Shown piece by piece: positions 12,904 through 24,695 of a stretch of DNA of 64,000 nt (its first letter is position 1; each line of letters opens with the position of its first letter). The notes below the pieces were generated by a model. The model worked only from the letters and a program-made list of their open reading frames with translations. It was not told the DNA's origin and ran no database searches. This stretch comes from Podarcis filfolensis. Its lineage: Eukaryota. Made by a program: the position numbers and the translations under genes. The stretch lies in the NCBI GenBank assembly GCA_964270895.1, contig OZ185442.1. One strand, written 5' to 3'.

Positions 12904-14508
12904 ACAATGAGATGAATTGGTCTGCTTTCTGATGCTATTGATACAGATAGCAGTCAAATTTTGTGGCCAGTGCACACCCCTAATGAATATAAGAAAATCA
13001 ATCAGTCATTATTTTTGTATCTATCCCAGGTTAGTAGGGGAGAGAAAGAAACAACTTTTGTGCATGTCAGTGCACCTAGCAAAGGATTTTGAATCCCTTT
13101 GCTGGTGGCTAGCAAAGTAAACCACTGAAAGCAGCACCATTGCACTGGGTTAGGAAGTCTGAAAAAAATCCCACGGTTGCAACTTTTGTTTCCTTTTCAG
13201 AAGCATCCCATATGCTTTGTTGAATTCTGTCTCTTGTGCAGGAGAGAGGGGGAGGCCGGGGGGGGGGGAGATTTATCGTGGAGAAATTAAAAAGAAAGAA
13301 AAAAGAAAGAGCTCAGCAATGAGAATTAACCTTGATTACTACTGCAATTTACTAATCAAAACTGGAGACCTGCTAATCAAGCCTGAATTACCAGGCACAT
13401 AATTTTTCTTCTTCTTCTTCTTAAAAAATAGGAACGTAACCAAAACTGAAGATATGGTAAACAAGAGTCTTTATATTGTGATGGAAAGAATATGGGGCAT
13501 AAGGGCACATTTATTTTAGTGTACGGCACTGGCCTACAGTGCCTTTGAATGTATTCTGCCAGCTTCCAAAGAACTTCAGTGATTTCTGAGCTAGAGCTCT
13601 AATTTGCTTTGGGAACAATGACTCATAAATAATGTCTTCTTTGACATGAGGCTTCCCATCATTGAGCATCTTCTCCATGGGCCCAGGAGACTCTGCATTC
13701 TGTGATTAGGCTGATGATAACACAGAGAGAGAATTTTCAGTGGTGGCACCTGAACTATGGAACCTCCTTCCCTTGAGACTTTTTTGCATGGTGTCTGCCC
13801 ACATTTCTGGCTGGCATTAGAAATCAGTCTTGTTCTCTCTTTTATGACACTCCCCAAATGTCCCAGTTTAGGGCTGTGCCAAAAAAATGTCTGCAATTTT
13901 CTCAAGCTTTTCTTCTCCTAGAAAAAAAGGTGGCTACCATTTTCCAGCCTCATTTTCAGGTCATTTTAGAAATTTGATTGAATTTTGACAGGTGCAGGGT
14001 TCTGGACTTCTCTTACTACTGCAAGATGGCTGGAAGTGATGTGTGTTCTTTGCTGCTGCCTCCCTGGCTTCCCACATCTCATTTTCTGAAAAAGCCCTGT
14101 GGGGTGAGTTTTCTAATTGAAGTATGGTCATGTGGGAAGGCTACAAGGTGCAGACCACAGGTGACATGAAAGAAATGGTCCTTACAAACACTTCTGTCTT
14201 GCCAAATGCAAGGTGTATCAGAAGTAATACAAAACACAAGTGAGTGAGAAGATTAAATATTTTATTCTAAACAGCAAGCAATATATACATACCAAGCAAG
14301 CACCTCAATCTGCCACTTGGAAGCCCTCAAGAAGCAGAGAAGTGGCTCCTCAGGTAGCCTCAGGTTGCGTGGCTCTGCGCCCATCAGTTTGTGCATGAGC
14401 TTCTCTCTCACTATGCCCAAAACCATCCGATTTATAGATAGCTAGATAGATAGCCCATGTTGTTGCCTGACTGGCTACGTGCAGTCATACATTACTGACT
14501 GCATGCAG

Positions 14509-14650
14509 ATTGGTTTCTGAAGAAGTGTGCGTGCACACAAAAGCCAATGCCAATAAGAAACTTAGTTGGTCTCTAAGGTGCTCCTGGAAGGAATTTTTTA
14601 TATTGTTTCGACTATGGCAGACCAACACGGCTACCTACCTGTAACTAGTA
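14509..14650 (+). mobile_element. Penelope-like element terminal fragment with degenerate hammerhead ribozyme
   Basis: ctgaagaagtgtgcgtgcacac(a)aaagc...ttagttggtctctaaggtgc...gcagaccaacacggctacc has the layout of reptile Penelope terminal repeats (hammerhead, then gtctctaaggtgc, then agacYaacacggct). Family recognised from recall. Confidence 0.75.
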
Positions 14651-14989
14651 CATGCATATTATTCATTAGCCACCCTCTCCCAATGCCTCACTTTCTCCAA
14701 ACAATGTCCAGCATCAAAGAAGGTACCCAGCACTATTGCTTCTTTCCAACAGATTAGGACATTAAAGGCTGTTCTCAGTCATCAAAGAGCTTAACAAGAG
14801 ATAAGGATGGGGAAGGAACAGGAGGCAGGAAGAGGGCAACCGAGTTAGATCACTAACTCCTCGAAATACAACTATCTCCCCGATAGATTGCCCATACAAC
14901 TTCTTGGCTACTGAAAGTAAGATAAACACTACTGCATCAACTGTCATGCATCCACAGAAGTCTAGTGTCCTAGTCAAGGGAAGTAATAG

Positions 14990-15510
14990 CACTACTCTAT
15001 TCTGTCCAGTTCTGTGTCCAGTTCTGGGGACCACAATTTAAGAAAGATATTGACAAGCTGGAACATGTTCAGAGGAAAGTGTTCAAGACGATTAAGGGTC
15101 TGGCAACCAAGCCTTATGAGGAATGGTTGTAGGAGTTGGGTTTGCTTAGCCTGGAGAAGAGAAGACTGGGAAGGGATATAAGAGCCATCTTGAAATTCGT
15201 GAAGGACTGTCACATGGAAGATGGAGCAAGGTTGCTTTCTGCTGCTCCAGAGGGGAAGACCCAAACCAATGTTTTCAACAGACAAGGAAGAAGATTCTGA
15301 CTAAGCATTAGGAAGAACTTTCTGCTGGTAAGAGCTATCAGACAGTGGAACAGATGGCTATGGAAGGTGATGGATTCTCCTTCATTGGAGGTTTTTAAGC
15401 AGATGGCCATCTGCCTAAGATTCTTTAACTGTGATTCCTGCATTGCAGGGAACTGGGCTAGATGGCTCTTGGGATCCCTTCCAACTCTACAATTATGTGA
15501 TTCTATGACA
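14990..15510 (+). mobile_element. CR1 LINE 3' end
   Basis: Decayed ORF2: cagttctggggaccacaatttaagaaagatattgacaagctggaacatgttcagagg (QFWGPQFKKDIDKLEHVQR); tail ccaactctacaattatgtgattctatga. Confidence 0.92.
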
Positions 15511-15524
15511 CACACCTAACAGTT

Positions 15525-15772
15525 AAAAAACACACCAAACAGTGCAAGTAGATAAATAGGTACCGCTCTGGTGGGAAGGTAAACGGTGTTTTCGTGCGCT
15601 GATCTGGTTTCGGTGTTCCGTTGCGCCAGAAGCGGCTTAGTCATGCTGGCCACGTGACCTGGAAAAAAACTGTCTGTGAACAAACGCTGGCTCCCTCGGC
15701 CTGTAAAGCGAGATGAGCACAGCAAACCCAGTCATCTGTGACTGGACTTAACTGTCAGGGGTCCTTTTCTTT
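15525..15772 (+). mobile_element. Sauria SINE, 5'-truncated, different subfamily
   Basis: gtgcaagtagataaataggtaccgct...aagcgagatgagc...tcaggggtcctt; carries an extra ttcggtgttccgttgc segment relative to 2258-2607. Confidence 0.9.
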
Positions 15773-17537
15773 AGGACACATACACAAAATCCTCCATGTA
15801 CCTATAAGACTTTCAGCAATTTCTCTCTCTTCCTTTTCCCCATGCAAACTTCTCTGATTGATTGATTGATTGATGACTGTGTGTTGTTTTTTACATGCAG
15901 GAATTTTTTTGGGGAACAACACTAGTTCCAGCACAGTTCTCAACTCAGAAATGCATATCAAAATGTTTTAGAAAATGCATATTTGTGTTGGGGGGCATAT
16001 ATTTGGGAATGTACTTTTTGAGGGAAAATATAATTAAAATGCACATAAATGAGGTGTTGTTTTTTGGTGTGGATATCATTGAATTCTGGGTTGCTGTGGG
16101 AAGAGGATGCAATTGACTTATGAGTGAATATATATCACAGTGACAGACAAGAAACAGACTGATACATCCATCCCTTTATTTTCTAAATATAAATTCAGAG
16201 AGAGTTTTATATATAATATGCATTTAGAACTGCCATACATCCAGGATTTCAAAGGCAGAAATGATGTCGGGGGGGAGGGGAGGAAAGGTAGTGCTTTGTC
16301 CTGGATCAGCTCAACGATATTGGGGTCTTCCAAAAGCTCAACAACCTTCAGAGTGCCCTGATTTTTATTTTTGAAAAAGGCAATCCCAATACATTAGAAC
16401 AAAGCAAAATTCAGAAGTGTTGGTTGAAGGAATGCATCTGTGAAAATAACCCTGGCACACACCAAGAGAATGGTTGTTGTTTTTTTGTCCAGATGTAGTG
16501 GAAAGTCAAAAGTTATTGTAAAAAGATACAGGAAGAATAGAAACAAGGTCCTAGAAATGTGTGACTAAGTCAAGAAGGAAGGAAGTGTCCAGAGGCAGGG
16601 GGAGGTTATGAAGCGAGGTAGAAAGGAGGGGGAAGCTTTTAAGAAAGTGAATTTTATTTGTGTGTCATTTCCTATGTTTTATTGCCTCTCTCTGGCAAAC
16701 ATCCCACACTTCCATAACCCATGCAGCCGAGATGGCAACCGTTTATGACTGAATATGGTTGATGCAACTTTTGTCCGGTTCCCTTCCTATATCTCCTGCC
16801 AGCAAGAATGTAATGCCTGCTGTTTTTTGGTTCAGACCAGAGTTCTGTCTGGTCCGCCATTTTGTTTCTAGAAGGAGCCAATCGGATGTTCATAGATAGT
16901 CACTGAGCTACAGTAACAGAATCTGGAACTCAGAGGTTATTTCATGAGGGAGGCGATTCTATAAAATCTGTGATAAGCAGGTAGATTTTGTTTGTTTGTT
17001 TGATTCATTCATTCATTCATTCATATGGCACTTGGACAGGCCTAAATCAGCTCATGAAATAATTATTAAAGGCAGTAAAGCAGAATGTTGTCCGAAAAGG
17101 GTGGATGATCCTGAGTGCGTACAGATTTCAAATATTCACAACCTGTTCTTTTGGGGCCTTGGACCAAATTTGATTTACTTTGTGTCATTCAAATATTCAG
17201 AGCCAAATGTACACTCCCATAAACCCTCCTTCACTATCCTGAAGTCTTAAATGGGTGAATTTGGGGTGCCTTGGATTACTTCTGCAAGTCAGGATTCTCT
17301 ATCTTTCTCTGGCTTGTGTGCAGCCATTGATGTAATTTTTAAAATGTATTCATATTTAATTTAAGAGAGAGAGAGAGAGAGAGAGAGAGGTGTTAAATTG
17401 GGAGGGGGGAGATAAGGATGTTATGGAAAGAAAGAGAGTGGAGAGCTTTCTGCAGTTCCCTACAGATATGTAAAGCATATTTGCATACAGTATGCTGCAC
17501 TGGCAAGAGGGTGAGTTTTAATTTTGTGCAATGGAGG

Positions 17538-17945
17538 AATCTAGAATTATGGAATTATAGAGTTGGAAAGGACCCCAAGGACCATCTAGTCGAACCTCCA
17601 GCAATGCAGGAATCAAGCTAAAGATTTCCTGACACATGGCCATCTGACTTCTGTTTAAAAACTTTTGATTAAGGCGGGTCCGCCACCTTCCACGGGAGCC
17701 CCTTCCACCGTTGAACAGCTCTTACCCTCGAAGTTCTTCCCAATGTTGAGTAAGAATTTCCTTTACTGCCATTTTAAACCATTGGTTTGGGTCCTCTCCT
17801 CTGGAGCAGCATAAAATAAGCTTACCCCATCTTCCATGTACAGCCTTACTGATATTTGAAGGTGGCTCTCATATCACCTCTCAGTCTTCTCTTCACCTGG
17901 CTGAACATGCCCAACACTCTCCAGTGTTCCTTACAATGTCTCCAG
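17538..17945 (-). mobile_element. CR1 LINE 3' end
   Basis: tagaattatggaattatagagttggaaaggacccc...cagtcttctcttcacctggctgaacatgccca is the reverse complement of the CR1 tail and LGMFSL motif. Confidence 0.9.
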
Positions 17946-18650
17946 ACACTTTATCTAATGCAGCTCTTTTGTCCCCAGCAACCTGCTTATGCATTCACTT
18001 ACCCAGCGATGTTCTGCTGGAGGAAAATATTTCAGCAGCAGAACAAGTATACAATGCACTACACTGGGTACAAACCTGGTGTTTGGTTGCCACCAGCACC
18101 AGATTCTCCAGGATCATATGTCTGTAATGGCTCAGTGTTTTGCATAAAGCATTTTCAGCTTAACCCAGCCAGTGTCCAGGGTTTTGTATATCATTGGGGG
18201 CATCTCATGGAGTTTACAGAGTGGGCACCTTCATGAACCATCTATCCACAAATGGGAAGCAGGAGCTAACACACAAGTTCTGCCCAAGTAGAACTTCTAC
18301 AGTAGTCAAGCTCTCCACATGATTGGGGACCTTGATAAAGCAGGGTGTCCAGTCATGCAAGGTGTTCTGTTTGCATTCAAACAGGTATGAGTAGAAGCTC
18401 CTTGTGGACCTTCCCCACTGCATGCGGAAGGTTACCGAGGGAAGAAGAAGACATGCACTAAGATGCTGGGAGCACATCCTTCTCCCCATTCACATGAAAT
18501 ATGTGTAACTGTGATGGGGATAGTGCTTCTTTAAGCATCAGAGAACCCAAGCAATCAAAGTGTGGCTTCATAGAACAAGAGATCCATACAGTACATTTAA
18601 AAGCTAGGCTACTGATCGCATAGGGCTGCACTAAGTTAAAGACAGCAGTA

Positions 18651-18900
18651 CAGTCATACCTTGGAAATCAAACGGAATCCATTCCAGAAGTCCATTTGAC
18701 TTCCAAAACTTTCAGATACCAAAGCCCAGCTTCTGATTAGCTGCAGGAAGCTCCTGCAGCCAATCGGAAGTCACAGAAGCCCCATCAGACGTTCCGGTTG
18801 CAAAGATCATTTGCAAACTGGAACACTCACTTCTGGGCTTGTGGCATTTGGGAGCCAAAACGTCTGAGTACCAAGGCATTCAGGATCCAAGGTACAATTG
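18651..18900. mobile_element. Tc1/mariner (Tigger/pogo-like) MITE
   Basis: TA flanks at 18649-50 and 18901-02; TIRs cagtcataccttgga / tccaaggtacaattg. Confidence 0.8.
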
Positions 18901-18902
18901 TA

Positions 18903-19137
18903 CAGTTGTACCTTGGTGTATGAACTTAATCTGTTCCAGAAGTCCGTTCTTAAACCAAAGCGTTCTTAAATCAAGGCGTGCTTTCCTATAGCAGTGAGGG
19001 ATTCAATTTACACTCAACAGGAAGTGGAACTGCTTCCAAGACAAAGTTCACAAACCAAAACACCTACTTCCGGGTTTGCAGCGTTCTTAATCCAAGTTGT
19101 TCATAAACTAAGCTGTTCTTAAACCGAGGTACCACTG
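18903..19137. mobile_element. Tc1/mariner (Tigger/pogo-like) MITE
   Basis: TA flanks at 18901-02 and 19138-39; TIRs cagttgtaccttgg / ccgaggtaccactg. Confidence 0.85.
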
Positions 19138-20914
19138 TATACTCATTCCACTGGAGAGATGCTTTGTGCCAGCGGGGTGTTGCTGAGTGAGAGAATGCAC
19201 AAGCAGGTTGCCGGCAACTTAGTTGCACAGTAGATTGCTCAGTCTGCTGTGCAACAAATTTCTGCTAGTTGCAACTGTTGCATTGGATTCCTCTGTTGTG
19301 CAACATTGAAACTCACCCATGCACTGGTCCAAGGGCTGTTAACTACAAGCCATGAGTATCCAAATCATTTCACAATCTGTTTTCAACTAAGGATTGAATG
19401 GACCCAATTGCAAAAAGATGTTAGCACAAATGTGTGTTGTTCCCCCACCCCTGGATCCAAATCAAGCAATTACCCAGTATGGAAGGTAGAACCTACTCAT
19501 TGCGCCTCCATTTGGTCATTCCATTCTGTCTATTGTCCCATTTCAGGGATGCAACTGTCAACAGATGAGGAAATGGAAAATCATTATCTCTCTGCATTGA
19601 ACTCTTGTTTTCATAGAGGGCTTTTGTTATTAGTCTTGCATGTTAAGGGAGAGAGAGAGAGAGAGAGAGAGAACAAAAAACAAACTTGAATAAGAATGTA
19701 AAGAAGATTTGATTTGAGAGGCAAACTGACAGCGAAAGAAGATTTCGACTGGGGGTCTGTTTCTATTTATTCAACAATTGAGATCCATGGCAAACACTTT
19801 TTTAAAAGGAAAAGAAAAGAAAGCACAACGTGCAATGGTTTTTATTGAGTTGTAGAGAAGAACAGAAAGCCTCTAACAAATAACAAAAACATTTCACAAA
19901 TCAATTTTATTGAAAATATATTAGGTTTCTGTAAAAACTATAAGATCAGGAAAAGAGGGGAGAAATGCTCAGGAAGGGAGACAGCACACAAAGATTTACT
20001 TCAGAGTACTACAAAATATTGAACTAAAAATAACATTAAAGATGAAATTTGCAATGAATCTCAAGCTGCTATATTCCCCACGGCTGGGTCTGCCAAAGGC
20101 TCTGTTGGCTTCCTCTGTTCTTTCCTGTCTTTATTTAAATATTTTATACAGTTGTCTATGTTCATGTGTAGCGCGAACTGTCATTTATATTTCAAGTCCA
20201 CTCTAAAATGGATCTTAGGCTGCATCAAGCTGTGCGCGGCGGTTGAGGCAGTTGAACCAGGGAGGGACGTTGAAGTGGTAAGGACAAATGAAGAATGATA
20301 CTTAATGTGGTTTTTGTGTACTTATAGTTTGCTGTCATGTCTTCCGCCTTGAGACTGATTTGTAATTTTATGGCTTTTGTGACATTATGATAAGATGGGA
20401 TGTGAGTAAGGTTTCCATTTAGCAAACCCGTTGATGCATTTTTCGAGACAGAGCGGTTTGACGGCGGGGAAATTCTGGGAAGCTGACCTTGGGGCTTCGC
20501 GACGAGCAAAACAACACCAACATCAACATCCTTGTTTGATGTACAACTCTCGAAAAGGACCGCGCGTTATATAAGCGACCTGAACACCCAATCTGGGGAC
20601 AAGATTCGGGCATTACGTTGACTCCTCACCCCCCCCCAGCAAGTCCCTGTGTCTCGTGGAATGAATGTTGGTTTTCAGCATGTCACCAAAGAGCTTCCTA
20701 GTACAGGACTGAACTTTGTACTCTGCTTTCAAGATAACTTCGGTCTTTTTTCTTAAGAGGGCAGAGCGCTCTTTCCTTTCCTTGACATGTTCAGCAGTGG
20801 CTGCAGCTACTGAACCAGGATGAAAGAGGCAGAAGCTTAACAATGGTTAGCCCTGTTCAGACATGATACATAGAAGTAAAAACCAGTGTATGGGAGGCAG
20901 GATCAGACCTGCTA

Positions 20915-21300
20915 TTATAAGAGCCCTGCTGGATCAGGCCAATGGCCCTTCCTCCTCCCCCAGAAATCATCAAGCAGGACCTGAGTGCAAGAGAAGAAGA
21001 AGAAGAAGAAGAAGAAGAAGAAGAAGAGTTTGGATTTGATATCCCGCCTTTCACTCCCCTTCAGGAGTCTCAAAGCGGCTAACAATCTCCTTTCCCTTCC
21101 TCCCCCACAACAAACACTCTGTGAGGTGAGTGAGGCTGAGAGACTTCAAAGAAGTGTGACTGGCCCAAGGTCACCCAGCAGCTGCATGTGGAGGAGCGGA
21201 GACGCGAACCCGGTTACCCAGATTACGAGACTACCGCTCTTAACCACTACACCACACTGGCTCTCTCCCTTCCTGTGGTTTCCAGCAACTGGTATTTAGA
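20915..21300 (-). mobile_element. CR1 3'UTR fragment split by a SINE
   Basis: ataagagccctgctggatcaggccaatggccc...caagcaggacctgagtgcaagag[SINE]tcccttcctgtggtttccagcaactggtatt. Confidence 0.8.
20992..21265 (-). mobile_element. Squam3-type tRNA-derived SINE with (CTT)n tail
   Basis: Reverse complement of the 39695-39932 copy; (AAG)n tail on the + strand; head ...taaccactacaccacactggctc. Confidence 0.92.
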
Positions 21301-21464
21301 GGAAGGAAAGCACTTCAAGCATGCTTTAAAGGCATACCTTTCATAGGCCACAGGTTGGGTCTTTCTGCATCACACCCAAAAAGAAGAAATGCATCAGTTT
21401 AAAAGGTGGAAATGAGGGCACAAATTTCCATAACATTAGCATATGATAATTTATATCTGTAGGT

Positions 21465-21895
21465 GTGAATCTTCATTGGCTCCCAGTACATTTCCAAGCA
21501 CAATTCAAAGTGTTGGTGCTCACCTTTAAAGCCCTAAACAGCCTCGGTCCAGTATACCTGAAGGAGCGTCTCCACCCCCATCATCCAGCCTGGACACTGA
21601 GATCCAGCACTGAGGGCCTTCTGGTGGTTCCCTCGCTGGAAGAAGTGAGGTTACAGGGAACCAGGCAGAGGGCCTTCTCAGTATTGGTGCCTGCCCTGTG
21701 GAACACCCTCCCAGCAGATGTCAAGGCAAGAAACAACTATTTTACTTTTAAAAGACACCTGAAGGCGGCCCTGTTTAGGGAACTTTTTAATGTCTGGTGC
21801 TGTATTGTTTCTGATATTTGGCTGGAAGCCACCCAGAGTGGCTGGGAAGACCCAGTCAGATGGGCGGGGTATAAATAATAAATTATTATATTATA
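21465..21895 (+). mobile_element. L2 LINE 3' end with open ORF2 C-terminus
   Basis: LHWLPV...FKVLVLTFKAL...RAFSVLVPALWNTLP...FKRHLKAALF; 3'UTR ending gatgggcggggtataaataataaatt. Confidence 0.93.
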
Positions 21896-22058
21896 AAATA
21901 TTTTTAAAATGATTTCTATATTCTAAAATAGATATAGAATGTATCTCACTAGTGTTGGGAAGATTGTGATCAGGTGGCCTGCGATCAGCGTACATGGTTC
22001 CCCACTCCTAATTTAATCCCCACAACAACCCTTTGAGGTTGGTCATGCTGATGGCTAA

Positions 22059-22539
22059 GGGCTCATCCAGACTTCCTTTTGTGCTGCATTTCTAGGCAGA
22101 ATTCTATGTTTAAAGATCTGTGCCTGAACACTTCCCCGTGCCCCACCCCCAGTGCTTTCCCCATGGGAAAACATGAATCGCCATTTGTTCTGATACTGAG
22201 GGGTGGGGGGAGCACTCAGAAATGAAGCTTTAAAGCATGGGTAGGCAAACCAAAGCCCAGGGGCAGGATCCGGCCCAATCGCCTTCTAAATCCTGCCCAC
22301 AGATGGTGCGCGTGTTTTTACATGATTAGAAGGTGTCCTTTTATTTAAAATGCATCTCTGGGTTATTTGTGGGGCACAGGAATTCATCCATTTTTTCTTC
22401 TTCAAAATATAGTCCAGCACCCCACAAGGTCTGAGGGACAGTGGACCAGCCCCCTGCTGAAAAAGTTTGCTGACCCCTGCTTTAAAGCATGGGCCCGTGC
22501 CTCAAAAGTGTGGGGCAAAAGATAAGTGTGGATGAGCCC
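22059..22539. mobile_element. PIF/Harbinger-like MITE
   Basis: 3-bp TSD taa (22056-58, 22540-42); TIRs gggctcatccagactt / aagtgtggatgagccc. Confidence 0.82.
22236..22479. mobile_element. hAT MITE (Charlie/Buster-like)
   Basis: Perfect 8-bp TSD ctttaaag (22228-35, 22480-87); termini catgggtaggcaaac / gtttgctgacccctg. Confidence 0.92.
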
Positions 22540-23539
22540 TAAGTAACTGTCATAAGATCACCCAGTGAGCTTCCTTTCATGGCAGGGCAGGCGGATTTGA
22601 ACCCTGGTCTCTCCCAGGTTCTAGTCTGCCACTCTAACCACTACACCACCGCTGCCACTCGAATCAACATATTGCTGATTATAGGTTATAAGCTGCCTTG
22701 ATGACTCATGGTGCATGGTCTAGAGCCCAGCAATCCTAGAGTGGGATAGCAGTGGATGTTTTCCAGGAATTAGGGGGTCACAGCTGTTGGAAACCTCAGC
22801 TGATAAGGTGGCTGTCCTGGTTATAGGAACAGAAGGGTGGGGTGTTTCAGGGGAAATTGTAGAACAGAACAAAGGCCCAGCTGGATCAACGTGTTGCATT
22901 GGACCTGCCAGAATAACTAAATTGAAACTGGTACATCCCAATCAAGAGTTTTCTCACATCAGTGAAAGCAAAGGTCTTAAATAAAGTCTGATTCTGCCTA
23001 ACTGCATCTGTGTATATTTATTCTGTTCCACCTCCCATCATTTACTCTGTTGTTTCCCCCAGTGTTGACATTTAGATTTGTTAACTCCCCAGGTCAGGGT
23101 CCTTTCCTTCCTTCCTTTTTTCTTCTGCTGCTCATGTTACTCTATAAATCACTATGCACACTGATGGTAATATAATTTAAGTTTATTCTGGATCACCTTC
23201 TTTCAGTTACAGAAAATACATTTTGCAATCTTCCATTCCCTACATATACACTCAACTTAAAATACTTATCGCTTCCATTTGCGGAGGTAGGCTCAGTTAA
23301 ACTTGGGGAGGTTCAAAGATGTTTTATTCGAGGTTAGTGCCCCAGTCTGCAGATTTAGGTTTTTTTTGCTGTTCATACAAGCACATGTATACAGCAATTA
23401 ATTTAAAACAACAACAACATAAGTATACAGGTGGGTGCGTGTGTATGTATTCCCACACCCACACCCAATAAAAACCGCATGGAAATTAAAATCACAGATC
23501 ATCAGTTATTATAGCAGATGTTTCCTTAATTGTCTGCAT

Positions 23540-23790
23540 AAACTTGGCTGCATAGGAAAGTTTTCAGCAAGCACTGAAAGCTTAAAATGGATTTTTCTTG
23601 GAAGAGCATTCCACAGGCCTGGGCTGATGACACTAAAGGTTCAGGTCTACGTTGATGTCAAATGAGTCTTACCAACTCAGGGAGTCAGGGAATAGGGAAG
23701 ATCAACAAGTCTCAAACAGATAATCCCAGTGACTGAGCTGGGATATAAGGGCTCAGGCAATCCCTAAGGTACCCTGGACCTAAGAGGGCA
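23540..23790 (-). mobile_element. Old L2 fragment
   Basis: agagcattccacaggcctgggctgatgacactaaagg and caatccctaaggtaccctggacc resemble the reverse of the L2 ORF2 C-terminus. Confidence 0.55.
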
Positions 23791-24269
23791 AGGAGTGGCC
23801 ACAAGATGTTGGGCAAGACAGTTGTACAAGTTGTGTGGCCAGCCCAGGGTCACCCAGAGTTAGCCTGTCAACCACCATCAATAGTGTTAAAGTCAGATTC
23901 AAACACCTACCCGGTCATCTTCTGTATTTGGAATGTGCCATCATGCTTTTCAAATCAGGCAGCAAATGCTAAGTCCCGGTATTATTTTGTGGCAAAATGG
24001 AGCACCAAGTTTTTGTCACAGCCCAAATCTAGAGTCAGCGACTGCTCAGCCCCCCATGTTTTTATTCTCTGATCCTCTGTTATGGATGTTGCTGTGCCAA
24101 TCCCCCCCCCCCCCGCTTGCCCCCATCAAGGAAAGGAAGGAAGGAAGGAAGATTGAGAAGCCTCACACTGGTTAATTCCATCCCAAGAACCTGATGACAA
24201 GAGAACTAGGACTCCTTTGAGCAGCTCAGCACATGAACTTGCTGGTTCACATGAACATTGTTGTTGCTA

Positions 24270-24690
24270 TTATAATTATTAATTAATTAAATTTCTATAC
24301 CGCCTTTCATTCAGGTTTCAAAGGGCAGTATACAATATATAAACACAAAAATGTATACCATAGTAGCCAACAAAAACAATACACCACCTCCACCCTCCCG
24401 TTTAAAAGACCACAGGTCATTGAATTAGCCAAAGTCCTGGAAGAAGAGGAATGTTTTTGCCTGACACCTAAAGATAATTAACGAAGGCACCACGTGAGCC
24501 TCTGTGGGGAGAGTATTCCACAAATGGGGAGCCACCCCTCCAGAGAAAAGGCACGTTCTTGTGTAGCTACGCCCCAGACCTCTCATGCAGGAGGCACACA
24601 AAGAAGGGCTTCAGATGATGATCACAGGTTCTGGGTCGGTTCATATGGGGAGAGGCAGCTCTTGAGGTATTGCGACCCTTGAGGTATTGC
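24270..24690 (-). mobile_element. L2 LINE 3' end
   Basis: ttaaatttctataccgcctttcat tail; gagagtattccacaaatggggagccacc; gagaggcagctcttgaggtattg. Confidence 0.8.
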
Positions 24691-24695
24691 AGATA

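Larger units (their letters stand above)
21990..22660 (-). mobile_element. Old Squam3/MIR-like SINE split by nested MITEs
   Basis: cacaacaaccctttgagg (22021) resumes as aagatcacccagtgagcttc...taaccactacaccac (22554-22650). Confidence 0.75.

Noticed and set aside
14508-14514. Reverse CCAAT box (gattgg) suggesting an LTR promoter
   Set aside because: Better explained as the 5' strand of hammerhead stem I.
20985-21299. Poly-Lys ORF MQEKKKK...
   Set aside because: Translation of the (AAG)n tail and body of a Squam3 SINE.
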